Assembly: GCA_964016885.1 (NCBI GenBank) | Contig: OZ024743.1 | Location: 328,910,001-328,974,000 of the forward strand | Direction: 5' to 3' | DNA from: Eledone cirrhosa | Taxonomy: Eukaryota | DNA length: 64,000 nucleotides | Part shown: one piece after another, positions 14,163 through 27,100 of the stretch | Position numbering within the stretch: the stretch's first letter is position 1 | Layout of the letters: every line of letters begins with the position of its first letter | Notes under the pieces: model-generated | What the model was told of the DNA's origin: nothing | The model's input: only the letters and a program-made list of their open reading frames with translations | The model's database searches: none | Translations under genes and position numbers: made by a program

Positions 14163-15413
14163 CAGGTACACATACATATATGCACGCATCAGTTTAGCGG
14201 ACGCTTATTATAACGCCGCTTTGTTCGTTTGTAAACAAACTGAACAGCCTGAATTTATGCCATACGGTGTTAAGGCAACCACGTCACCTTTTTGTTCAAC
14301 ACTGACACAGGAACGATGTACTAGTTTCAAGCTTGTTAGCTATCATATATATATATTGCGCGGGCACATGGAAATACCGTAAACCGGTTATATTGAATGA
14401 ATTTCCTCATTGGATTAGAACCACATCTGGCTTACAACCACATCTAGCCTAGAACCACATCTAGCCTAGAACCACATTTTGGCCCAAGAACCACATCTTG
14501 CCTAGAACCACATATTGCCTAGAACCACATCTGGCCTAGAACCACATCTGGCTTAGAATCACATCTAGCCTAGAACCACATTTGGCCTAGATCCACATCT
14601 GGCTCAGAACCACATCTAGCCTACAACTACATCTGGCTCACAACCACATCTGGCCCAGAACCGCATCTGGCCTAGAACTACAACGTGCCTAGAATCACAC
14701 CTGTTCTAGAACCATATCTAGCCTAGAACCACATCTTGCCTAGAACCATATCTGGCCTAGAACTACATCTGGCCTAGAACCAACACCTGGCGTAGTACCA
14801 CATCTGGCCCAGAACCACATATGGCCTAGAACCACATCTGAGCTAGAACCGCATCTGGTCTAGAACTACAACTGGCTAGTACCACATCTGGCCTAGAACC
14901 GCATCTGGTCTAGAACCACATCTAGCCTAGAACCACATCTGGCCTAGAACAGCATCTGGCCTAGAGCCGCATTTGGCCTAGAGCCGCACCTGATCCAGAA
15001 CCACATCTGGCATAGAACCGTATCTGGGTGACCTGCAGGAGCTGTAATATTTTTTTACATTAAAAAAATTAATAAGTACTTTGTTTCCGGAAGACGATTG
15101 CGCCGGATTTTTATTTCTGTTAGGTTTATGGCAAAAGTGTAAAGAAATGTGAATAATGAATAATATATTAAACCGATGTTATTGGCTTTTGTCTTTGTCG
15201 TGTTGTATCTATACTATAGCATGTAATGTTCTACAGTAATGTAGGGGGCGACAATTTCTTTACACACAGTCTGTAATCGTTTGTAAAACTTTAAAATATT
15301 TACATTCTTTTATAATTCTGTTAGAACTTATGTTAATATATCTGATGACAAAATTATAGTTGATAAGGAATCAGAGACTATTAATGACGAATGTGTGTGT
15401 TTGAGAGTGTGTG

Positions 15414-15488
<75 letters not shown>

Positions 15489-18150
15489 ATTGCGCGGGCA
15501 CATGGAAATACCGTAAACCGGTTATATTGAATGAATTTCCTCATTGGATTAGAACCACATCTGGCTTAGAACCACATCTAGCCGAGAACCACATCTCGCT
15601 TAGGACCACATCTGGCCTAGAACCACATTTAGCCTAGAACCACATCTGGCTGGGAACCACATCTAGCCTAGAACCACATCTAGCCTAGAACCACATCTAG
15701 CCTAGGACCATATCTAGCCTAGAACCACATCTGGATCAGAACCACATCTAGCCGAGAAACACATCTTGCTTAGAACCACATCTGGCTCAGAACCACATCT
15801 AGCCTAGAACCACATCTGGCTGAGAACCGCATCTAGCCTAGAACCACATCTAGTCTAGAACTACATCTGGTTTAGAACCACGTCTGGCCTAGAACCACAT
15901 CGAGCCTAGAACCACATCTGGCTTAGAACCACATCTGGCCTAGAACCACATCTAGCCTAGAATCACATCTAGCCTAGAATCACATGTGGCCTAGAACTAC
16001 ATCTAGCCTAGAACCACATCTAGCCTAGAACCGCATCTGGCGTAGAACCAGATCTAGCCTAGAACCACATCTGGATTAGAACCACATCTGGCTTAGAACC
16101 ACATCTAGCCTAGAAGCACATCTAGCACAGAATCACATTTGGCTTAGAACCACATCAAGCCGAGAACCACATCTAGCCGGGAACCACATATAGCCTAGAA
16201 CCACATCTCGCTTAGGACCACATCTGGCCTAGAACCACATTTAGCCTAGAACCACATCTGGCTGGGAACCACATCTAGCCTAGAACCACATCTAGCCTAG
16301 AACCACATCTAGCCTAGGACCATATCTAGCCTAGAGCCACATCTGGATCAAAACCACATCTAGCCGAGAACCACATCTTGCTTAGAACCACATCTGGCCC
16401 AGAACCACATCTAGCCTAGAACCACATCTGGCTGAGAACCGCATCTAGCCTAGAACCACATCTAGTCTAGAACTACATCTGGTCTAGAACCACGTCTGGC
16501 CTAGAACCACATCGAGCCTAGAACAGCATCTGGCTTAGAACTACATCTGGCCTAGAACCACATCTAGCCTAGAACCACATCTAGCCTAGAACCACATGTG
16601 GCCTAGAACTACATCTAGCCTAGAACCACATCTAGCCTAGAACCGCATCTGGCGTAGAACCACATCTGGCCTAGAACCACATCGGGCCTAGAACCACATC
16701 TGGCCTAGAACCATATCTAGCCTAGAACCACATCTGGTCTCCAACCACATCTGGCCTAGAACCACATCTGGCCTAGAACCACATCTTGCTCAGAACCACA
16801 TTTGGCCTAGAACCACATCTTGCTCAGAACCACATCTAGCCTAGAAACACATCTGGCCTAGAACCACATCTTGCTCAGAACCACATCTGGCCTAGAACCA
16901 CATCTTGCTCAGAACTACATCTGGCCTAGGAACACATCTAGCCGAGAACCACATCTGGCTCAGAACCACATCTAGCCTAGAACCACATCTTGCTCAGAAC
17001 CACATTTGGCCTAGAATCACATCTGGCCTCAAACCACATCTGGCCTAGAACCCCCTTTGGCTGAGAACCACATCTGGCTCAGAACCACATTTGTCTTAGA
17101 ACCACATCTGGCCTCGAACCACATCTGTCCCAGAACCACATCTGGCCTCGAACCACATCTGTCCTAGAACCACATTTGGCCCAAGAACCACAAATGCCAA
17201 GAACCACATCTGGCCTAGAACCACATCTGGCTTAGAACCACATCTAGCCTAGAACCACATTTGGCCTAGATCCACATCTGGCTCAGAACCACATCTAGCC
17301 TAGAACTACATCTGGCTCACAACCTCATCTGGCCCAAAACCGCATCTGGCCTAGAACTACAACCTGCCTAGAATCACACCTGTTCTAGAACCATATCTAG
17401 CCTAGAACCACATCTGGCCTAGAACTACATCTGGCCTAGAACCAACATCTGGCGTAGTACCATATCTTGTTCAGAACCACATATGGCCTAGAACCACATC
17501 TGAGCTAGAACCGCATCTGGTCTAGAACTACAACTGGCTAGTACCACATCTGGCCTCGAACCACATCTGGCCTCGAACCACATCTGGCTTCGAACCACAT
17601 CTAGCCTAAAACCTCATCTGGCCTAGGACCACATCTGGCCTAGAACCGCATCTGGTCTAGAATCACATCTAGCCTAGAACCACATCTGGCCTAGAACTGC
17701 ATCTGGCCTAGAACCGCATCTGGCCTAAACCGCACCTGATCCAGAACCACATCTGGCATAGAACCGTATCTGGGTGACCTGCAGGAGCTGTAATATTTTT
17801 TTACATTAAAAAAATTAATAAGTACTTTGTTTCCGGAAGACGATTGCGCCGGATTTTTATTTCTGTTAGGTTTATGGCAAAAGTGTAAAGAAATGTGAAT
17901 AATGAATAATATATTAAACCGATGTTATTGGCTTTTGTCTTTGTCGTGTTGTATCTATACTATAGCATGTAATGTTCTACAGTAATGTAGGGGGCGACAA
18001 TTTCTTTACACACAATCTGTAATCGTTTGTAAAACTTTAAAATATTTACATTCTTTTATAATTCTGTTAGAACTTATGTTAATATATCTGATGACAAAAT
18101 TATAGTTGATAAGGAATCAGAGACTATTAATGACGAATGTGTGTGTTTGA

Positions 18151-18186
<36 letters not shown>

Positions 18187-18269
18187 CAAGCGTTAATCTA
18201 ATATATCCCCTCCATATACTGTACCAATTGTGTTGTTTTTTCTGTTTACCTTTTACATACATACATGCA

Positions 18270-18323
<54 letters not shown>

Positions 18324-18352
18324 TATATATATTGCGCGGGCACATGGAAATA

Positions 18353-19660
18353 CCGTAAACCGGTTACTTTGAATGAGTTTCCTCAATTTTACATCTTCTA
18401 TGCCCCATAGCTGAATTGTTTGTTGACGGATTTTACTAATATAGAGATAATTCAAAGAAGTCCTATCATATGCAACTTTTGTAAAAAAAATTGTAAAAAT
18501 ACCTTAATTTGTTATATAGTTGTTGATAGTTGTTTAGTCTTCAAGGCAGCCCCACGTCGGTGCTACTTTGAATTCTAAACATAACTATATTTTACCGAGA
18601 AAGGTATATGTATAAGATATTTTATTGATATTTTATTGATATTTTATTGATATTTTATTGATATTTTAATTGAAGTATAAATGTCACAGAAATTATGACA
18701 AAAACAATATTTAATTATACATACGACTAATGGAGTGATATATATGATTACACTTCAAAACAATTTCCGAGAAGTGTGAAATATGAAGAGAAAATGTTTA
18801 TTTTATTCACAAATGTCCCACAAATAGTAGTTTTGGCCAAGATCATAGCGAGTGCAAGCCTCATGGTACCAGGTTATGGCCACTACCCCTGAGATCCAGC
18901 AAATAAGTGAATTTTTTTGGTTGTAAATAGCAGCCAAAGTGGGCATCGAAATAGACTTTACACACACTAGAAATAGCAAAATTCAGGGTGAAACGTAGAC
19001 ATAGAAGTGGTCTGTAAACGTGTCAGAACTAGCAGCTATGTTCAGGGTGAAAGGTAAAAAAGTGGACATCGAAGTGATCTTTATTCATGCTACAAATAGC
19101 AGCAAAATTCAGGATGACAGGAATAGTGGATATTCGGCCATATGTAACTATATAAAAATGTTGCTATATATCACAAATAATTATAATAATAAAAAGAATA
19201 AGTAGTATACATGAAACAAATACTAAAACTCGGGACATTTTTAAACATTCAAAGTAGCCCTGATTTTGGCATGATTTGTAAAAAGTCTGAATTACACGGA
19301 TTTTGTAGCTGAACCATACATCCAATTGAAATGTAATTTACAGAATCAATTAAAAACATATTAAGGATGTATCAAATGTAAACATATATACAAAACACAC
19401 ATTTATTCCTTTTGATCAGACTGAAAGTGTCACCTACATAATTTACATATTTTACGGTGTCACCTACATAATTTACATATTTTACGGAGTTTAAAGTCAT
19501 TTAAACGAAATACTTTAAAAGAAAGTTTAAATGATAATGAAGGTTTCTATTTATCAATACATCTTTTCTAAAATAATATTTAAGAAACTATGATGGCATA
19601 AAGAGTTGTTATTATTTCTTTCAACGTAGCCCCGAACGTTCAAAGTAACCCGGTTTACGG
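18353..19660. mobile_element. Non-autonomous DNA transposon (MITE), Tc1/mariner-pogo type
   Basis: TIRs CCGTAAACCGG-TTACTTTGAA and TTCAAAGTAACCCGGTTTACGG, TA dinucleotide on both sides. Internal copies of the TTCAAAGTAGCCC motif at about 18540, 19248 and 19620. No transposase ORF. Confidence 0.85.
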
Positions 19661-20096
19661 TACTCGGTTTGGTGCCGAGCACACGGTTAGCCCACAGAGA
19701 GTGAGAGACCCCTAGTTCTGGTTATGACTTCATTCTAGAAGAAAGAAAACTCTGATGTAAAACCTGCCACTCGATAGCAGTCAATGATGTTGATCTGTCT
19801 GTTTGGATAATTATTACCGTTGTTCAGGATTGGTCCAGTGCAAGACCTTTCTTCACTTAAAAAAGCTTCAAGTTCAGGCATCACTTGATCTAATGTCGTT
19901 AGATTCTAAACGACCTGCACGTGTGTTGCGTGAGCGTGTCCTTTTCTTTTGCTTTCGTTGCAACATATGCAGAAAGGAATCTAAGCCCTGGAAAGGGGTA
20001 AAAAGTCATGTTCGCGCCACCTATATATGAGAAGGTCAATGGATAGCAATTCTTAAGACCGAGATGCAGCCATTATATATATATATATAATATAAT

Positions 20097-20282
20097 TGGT
20101 AGATTGGCAGTATCGGTAGAGGGTCGGACGCCATGCTTTCCAGCATAGTTACGTCCCTTTACGATCTGAGTTCAAATCCCGCCGAGGTTGACTTTGCCTT
20201 TCATCCTTACGGGGTCGATAAAATAAAGTACCAGTAATGCACTGGGTAATTGCTGGCCTTGTGCCTAAAAGTAGAAACAATT
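20097..20282 (+). mobile_element. SINE family A, near full length
   Basis: Matches the 805-995 copy; embedded in ATTATATATA.. on both sides. Confidence 0.9.
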
Positions 20283-20336
20283 ATATATATATATAATATT
20301 TATATAATTGTTATATATATATATATATATATATAT

Positions 20337-23093
20337 TAGAGTGTGCCATAAAAAGCAAGGTCACATTACTAACGCTCCCTGTATATTTTCCCATTCTAAA
20401 TGCCCCAATTGGTAAAATAAAACATATTTTGTATTAAATAAATTATTTTGAGTTTTGCTTATATCATGGTGATTATAGTGGAAAATGTGAAACCAAATAT
20501 AATCATACAAAAATTGTTTATTTTATTAATCCATTATATTTAGTAAACCAGCTTTGAATATAAAGGCGTACAAGGAAGAAACAAGTTCAGTTAAGTTAAC
20601 TCCAGTCATATATTTTTCAGAGTTTCTTTTTTGAAATCCGGGACCTTGTGACGATGAGCTTCGACTACTTGAAGAACACAGTGCTTCTCCTCCTCATTCT
20701 TGGTGATGGCAACAAAATCAGTTATCAACTTGACTGCTATCTCCGCCAGATTGTTGAATACCTTGATGTTGTGAACAACAGCACAGGCATTTAGATATGA
20801 TGCTTGTGATGACCAAGTTGCAGGTGACAGCTCAAGCCAAGTATCGTCGAGACCAAGGAGATCGAACAGAAGCCTTGATTTCTTCCCAACTAGATGAGGC
20901 AGCTTCGTGGACGATTTCAGCTCGGGAAATACTGGACCACCACGGTCGAGAGCCCAGACGTTTTCGTTTTGACAAGACGTTGAGCTATTTGTTTCTTCTC
21001 GGACTCTTGGACCCGACTTGAAACCAGCGCTAACGGAATGGCTTCCTCCGTCAGGTACCAAAGATGCCTGCTAAGAGCAGTAGTGGCTGCCTGCGAGAGA
21101 TCTCTGTCAACCTTACTGTACTGTGTCAACTGCACGTAGAATTGAAGGTCATTGGATGGTGCATCAGCACACTTGACTGCTGTCAGCCAGTATCGCACGT
21201 AGAACAGAGCATTGAACATACAGATCCGGCGCAACTTTTCCATTTTAGCTTGATCGTAATTGAGTCGCTCACCAAATGCATACATCTTTGCACTATAGAT
21301 GATTGTGGACATCCATCGAGCGTTATGATGTGCAACAGGCAGCATCCAATGAATTCCACGAGGAGGGGTGACACCAAACACGATCAACATCAACTCGGCA
21401 CATTCTCGGTAGTCGTCCCGTGGAAAATAATTCATTTTCCCATCGTCGGGTGTCAGCAAATCTTGGAGGAACTTGATGTTCCCAGAACACAGACGCTTGA
21501 GTCTCAGGTCGACAATGTTCAATGTTTTAAAGTTGGTCTTGTCCGTGAGTGACACCCAATCTTTTTTGAACTCCTTGAACTCTGGGGTGTCTGGACTGGA
21601 CATTGCTCCGAATAGTTGTTGCCACACTGCACACAAGATACGCTCCATGACATGGTGCCGACAAGCAAAATAAAACACCTTTTTGTTGAGCATCTCTTCT
21701 AGTTTCACGCAGGCACCATTGTTCCATCCAGAATTCGAAGCAGTTGTGTCGAAGACCAAGCCCAACACAGACCCATCAACATTCCAATCTTTAACAAGAT
21801 CAAATGATGCTTAGGCTTGGGTGGTTCCAGTGCTATCAGGAATTATGGAAACACCGAGGAGTTTACCTTCTCTGAAGTCCGGCGTTCCAGAAACTAGCAC
21901 ACCTAGCCTCTCGTGGTCACCAGGAATTATTTTGCCATCCCAATGCAAGGTAACAAAGTCTGGTACAGCAAATTGTTCCTTTATGTGTTCAGCCCCCACA
22001 GTTCTGATCTTCTTAGCTGAACGTCTGCTACTATTCTTGGAGAGAGTTGTGGCATCTATGTCAGTCCCACCCTCTGAAATAATCGATGCCATGAATGCTG
22101 TTCTCTGGCCCAGTGTCAGGTTTAAACGATCAGCCATTAGAGACATTTTTGGACTTTGAAATGGATTCTTTGGGAGTTCCGGCTGGATTTTTCGTTTCTT
22201 GTCTGACTTTGAGCTGTCTCTGGGTGGGTTTGAGGCCTGAAATTCAGGATCCTGTTCATCTTCAGTTTCATCATTGGTTGAACTTGAATCACTCAGTTCA
22301 TTACGTGGAAGTTGTGCTGGTACAGATCCTGACAAACGCTTTCTATGGTTCTCTGACTCTCGACGAGCCACAAAAACCTGATCACGCTTAAACTTTGAAG
22401 ATACCTTTTTCTGGTAACCCTTGTTTTCAGCACCCAGAGATAGTTTTTTCTGACAACGCAGGGCTTCGAGAAATGTAGTATCTTCCATTTTCTGTTCATT
22501 ATTACGAAGACGGTCTTTCAAAATTTTCTTTTCAGCATCAGTATGTGCAATGTAGAAATATGAATCCAATTCAGAAATAAATAGTACTTCCTTTTCTTTG
22601 TTTGACTTAGAACCTTTGTTTTTTTGTAAATTTCTGTATTCACTGTACATGTCCATAATTTTCAGTTTCACTTTGTCTTTTCGTTGAGTCGCCACACCAG
22701 CTCATTCCCACTGACTAACTACTTCCATCACAAGCCTTTCCGCAATAGCATCATTGAAACTCACATGCTTTTCGTGTTTCATAGGACCATCTTTCAGTTA
22801 GAAGAAATATCTTAGAACATCCCCTTTGTTGGTATTTTGTTTGGTGAAAAGGATGTAACATATTGCCCCAGGAGCCATATTTCTCGATCATCACAACGGA
22901 GCGAGTAGCTACAACTAGGCCCACTGGTTTCCGCCATTATGCTACCAATTTGCAACTATTAGGCAAGGCTTAAATTAGTCTGAAATAATCCAAATTACAT
23001 TATAAATTGATAATATACAAAATGGCACGAGAAAATGCATAGGGAGCTAAGAAAAAAATCACTTTTGTGTAAAATGTGGGATTCTGGAACACC

Positions 23094-23096
<3 letters not shown>
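20337..23096 (-). mobile_element. hAT-superfamily (hATm-type) DNA transposon, about 2.76 kb, inserted in (TA)n
   Basis: Imperfect 12-bp TIRs TAGAGTGTGCCA (20337) and reverse complement TAGGGTGTTCCA (23085-23096) enclose a transposase pseudogene. Confidence 0.82.
20606..22937 (-). pseudogene. Disrupted hATm-like DDE transposase
   Basis: ORF pieces 21811-22695, 20917-21768 and 20606-21061 give LHWDGK, VFDTTASNSG..GAC, ACRHH..E, HHNARWM, RHLWYL.EE and NN.AE..VKL. Probable ATG at 22937. In-frame stop at 21811, frameshift near 20940 and further lesions near 22700-22840. Confidence 0.85.
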
Positions 23097-23146
<50 letters not shown>

Positions 23147-23150
<4 letters not shown>

Positions 23151-23248
23151 GTTTCTACTTTTGGCACAAGGCCAGCAATTATCACAGTGTATTAAAGTAC
23201 CAGTAATACACTGGGATAATTGCTGGCCTTGTGCCAAAAATAGAAACA

Positions 23249-23252
<4 letters not shown>
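23147..23252. mobile_element. Two SINE family A 3' ends joined head-to-head (palindrome) between (TA)n tracts
   Basis: AATTGTTTCTACTTTTGGCACAAGGCCAGCAATTATC.CAGTGTATTA / TAATACACTG.GATAATTGCTGGCCTTGTGCCAAAAATAGAAACAATT. Confidence 0.85.
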
Positions 23253-23318
<66 letters not shown>

Positions 23319-23994
23319 ATATAGAAATGGCTTCTACAGGACAAGAATAAATGAAGACCTTTAAAGGTGAAATAACATATTGCCATCGGCCGCTGCATGG
23401 GATCGAACCTAGTATCTCCACGACAGACACACACATAGATATATACATACGAATAAAACACACATATACAGTATACATAAACCCACACATACACATACAT
23501 GCATGCACATACATGCATACACATACATAAACACACACTCACATATACATACACACATGTATACATACACATACATATATACATACACACATACATTCCA
23601 TACATTTAACAGGTATCGTTGTATGTCTGACCTCCACGTCACAACTTTGCACAGTAAATACATAACAGACATAATTTATACTTACAACTAACACATACAC
23701 ACACTTAACACAAACACACTCTCTCTCTCTCTCACATACACACACCTAACACCCTAACGCACACACTCTCTCTCACTCACACACTTAACACACACTCTTA
23801 CACACGCGCTCACACATTAAACAAACGCAACATATATGTGCACACGCATCATTGTTCACATACATCAATATGAACCATATACCTACACATATACACACAA
23901 ATACCTACACACCTACAAATACACAAACACGATAAACATACATATACACATAAGTCATACGTTGAAAAGTTCCTGGCTTTATGGGTATACATAG

Positions 23995-24099
23995 GCCTGG
24001 CTGGAGGCCCAGCCTTCCAAGTTCTTTTTACAGGGCTTAGAAAAACTGAAGGACCACTGCAATAAACGTGTGAATCTGAGAGAGGAATATGTTGAATAA
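23995..24099 (+). pseudogene. C-terminal remnant of a mariner transposase
   Basis: Translates AWLEAQPSKFFLQGLEKLKDHCNKRVNLREEYVE*, matching the mariner C-terminal pattern W...Q...F...GI..L..RW.KCV...G.YVE. Confidence 0.8.
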
Positions 24100-24109
24100 A
24101 ATCATAATT

Positions 24110-27100
24110 AACTGATCCTCCTGTATTATCTTTCAACTGATCCTCCTGTATCTTTCAACTGATCCTCCTGTATTGTCTTTTAACTGACCCTCCTGTATTG
24201 TCTTTTAACTGATCCTCCTGTATTGTCTTTCAACTGATCCTCCTGTATTATCTTTTAACTGATCCTCCTGTATTATCTTTTAACTGATCCCCCTGTATTG
24301 TCTTTCAACTGATCCTCCTGTATTGTCTTTTAACTGATCCTCCTGTATTATCTTTTAACTGATCCTCCTGTATTGTCTTTCAACTGATCCTCCTGTATTA
24401 TCTTTTAACTGATCCTCCTGTATTGTCTTTCAACTGATCCTCCTGTATTGTCTTTCAACTGATCCTCCTGTATTGTCTTTCAACTGATCCTCCTGTATTA
24501 TCTTTTAACTGATCCTCCTGTATTGTCTTTCAACTGATCCTCCTGTATTGTCTTTCAACTGATCCTCCTGTATTGTCTTTCAACTGATCCTCCTGTATTG
24601 TCTTTCAACTGATCCTCCTGTATTATCTTTTAACTGATCCTCCTGTATTGTCTTTCAACTGATCCTCCTGTATTGTCTTTCAACTGATCCTCCTGTATTG
24701 TCTTTCAACTGATCCTCCTGTATTGTCTTTCAACTGATCCTCCTGTATTGTCTTTCAACTGATCCTCCTGTATTATCTTTTAACTGATCCTCCTGTATTG
24801 TCTTTCAACTGATCCTCCTGTATTGTCTTTCAACTGATCCTCCTGTATTATCTTTTAACTGATCCTCCTGTATTGTCTTTCAACTGATCCTCCTGTATTA
24901 TCTTTTAACTGATCCCCCTGTATTGTCTTTCAACTGATCCTCCTGTATTGTCTTTTAACTGATCCTCCTGTATTATCTTTCAACTGATCCTCCTGTATTA
25001 TCTTTTAACTGATCCCCCTGTATTGTCTTTCAACTGATCCTCTTGTATTATCTTTCAACTGATCCTCCTGTATTATCTTTCAACTGATCCTCCTGTATTG
25101 TCTTTCAACTGATCCTCCTGTATTATCTTTTAACTGATCCTCCTGTATTGTCTTTCAACTGATCCTCCTGTATTGTCTTTTAACTGATCCTCCTGTATTA
25201 TCTTTTAACTGATCCTCCTGTATTGTCTTTCAACTGATCCTCCTGTATTATCTTTTAACTGATCCCCCTGTATTGTCTTTCAACTGATCCTCCTGTATTG
25301 TCTTTTAACTGATCCTCCTGTATTATCTTTCAACTGATCCTCCTGTATTATCTTTTAACTGATCCCCCTGTATTGTCTTTCAACTGATCCTCCTGTATTA
25401 TCTTTCAACTGATCCTCCTGTATTATCTTTCAACTGATCCTCCTGTATTGTCTTTCAACTGATCCTCCTGTATTATCTTTCAACTGATCCTCCTGTATTG
25501 TCTTTTAACTGATCCTCCTGTATTGTCTTTCAACTGATCCTCCTGTATTATCTTTCAACTGATCCTCCTGTATCTTTCAACTGATCCTCCTGTATTATCT
25601 TTTAACTGATCCTCCTGTATTGTCTTTCAACTGATCCTCCTGTATTGTCTTTCAACTGATCCTCCTGTATTGTCTTTCAACTGATCCTCCTGTATTGTCT
25701 TTTAACTGATCCTCCTGTATTGTCTTTCAACTGATCCTCCTGTATTGTCTTTCAACTGATCCTCCTGTATTATCTTTCAACTGATCCTCCTGTATTATCT
25801 TTCAACTGATCCTCCTGTATTGTCTTTTAACTGATCCTCCTGTATTATCTTTCAACTGATCCTCCTGTATTATCTTTCAACTGATCCTCCTGTATTATCT
25901 TTCAACTGATCCTCCTGTATTGTCTTTCAACTGATCCTCCTGTATTATCTTTCAACTGATCCTCCTGTATTATCTTTTAACTGATCCCCCTGTATTGTCT
26001 TTCAACTGATCCTCCTGTATTGTCTTTTAACTGATCCTCCTGTATTGTCTTTCAACTGATCCTCCTGTATTATCTTTTAACTGATCCTCCTGTATTGTCT
26101 TTCAACTGAACCTCCTGTATTATCTTTTAACTGATCCTCCTGTATTGTCTTTCAACTGATCCTCCTGTATTGTCTTTTAACTGATCCTCCTGTATTGTCT
26201 TTCAACTGAACCTCCTGTATTATCTTTTAACTGATCCTCCTGTATTGTCTTTCAACTGATCCCCCTGTATTATCTTTTAACTGACCCTCCTGTATTATCT
26301 TTTAACTGATCCTCCTGTATTGTCTTTCAACTGATCCTCCTGTATCTTTCAACTGATCCTCCTGTATTGTCTTTTAACTGACCCTCCTGTATTGTCTTTT
26401 AACTGATCCTCCTGTATTGTCTTTCAACTGATCCTCCTGTATTATCTTTTAACTGATCCTCCTGTATTATCTTTTAACTGATCCCCCTGTATTGTCTTTC
26501 AACTGATCCTCCTGTATTGTCTTTTAACTGATCCTCCTGTATTATCTTTTAACTGATCCTCCTGTATTGTCTTTCAACTGATCCTCCTGTATTATCTTTT
26601 AACTGATCCTCCTGTATTGTCTTTCAACTGATCCTCCTGTATTATCTTTTAACTGATCCTCCTGTATTGTCTTTCAACTGATCCTCCTGTATTGTCTTTC
26701 AACTGATCCTCCTGTATTGTCTTTCAACTGATCCTCCTGTATTGTCTTTCAACTGATCCTCCTGTATTATCTTTTAACTGATCCTCCTGTATTGTCTTTC
26801 AACTGATCCTCCTGTATTGTCTTTCAACTGATCCTCCTGTATTGTCTTTCAACTGATCCTCCTGTATTGTCTTTCAACTGATCCTCCTGTATTGTCTTTC
26901 AACTGATCCTCCTGTATTATCTTTTAACTGATCCTCCTGTATTGTCTTTCAACTGATCCTCCTGTATTGTCTTTCAACTGATCCTCCTGTATTATCTTTT
27001 AACTGATCCTCCTGTATTGTCTTTCAACTGATCCTCCTGTATTATCTTTTAACTGATCCCCCTGTATTGTCTTTCAACTGATCCTCCTGTATTGTCTTTT

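Larger units (their letters stand above)
11566..18385 (+). repeat. Four-copy tandem segmental duplication (17-bp satellite block + about 380-bp AT-rich flank + microsatellite + first 35 bp of the MITE)
   Basis: The flank starting GGGTGACCTGCAGGAGCTG is near-identical at 11566, 13560, 15026 and 17772. Satellite blocks lie at about 12945-13559, 14411-15025 and 15545-17771. Confidence 0.93.

Noticed and set aside
21064-22391. Plus-strand ORFs overlapping the transposase, and similar ones over the RT and RLE regions
   Set aside because: Antisense shadows of the minus-strand TE coding sequences.
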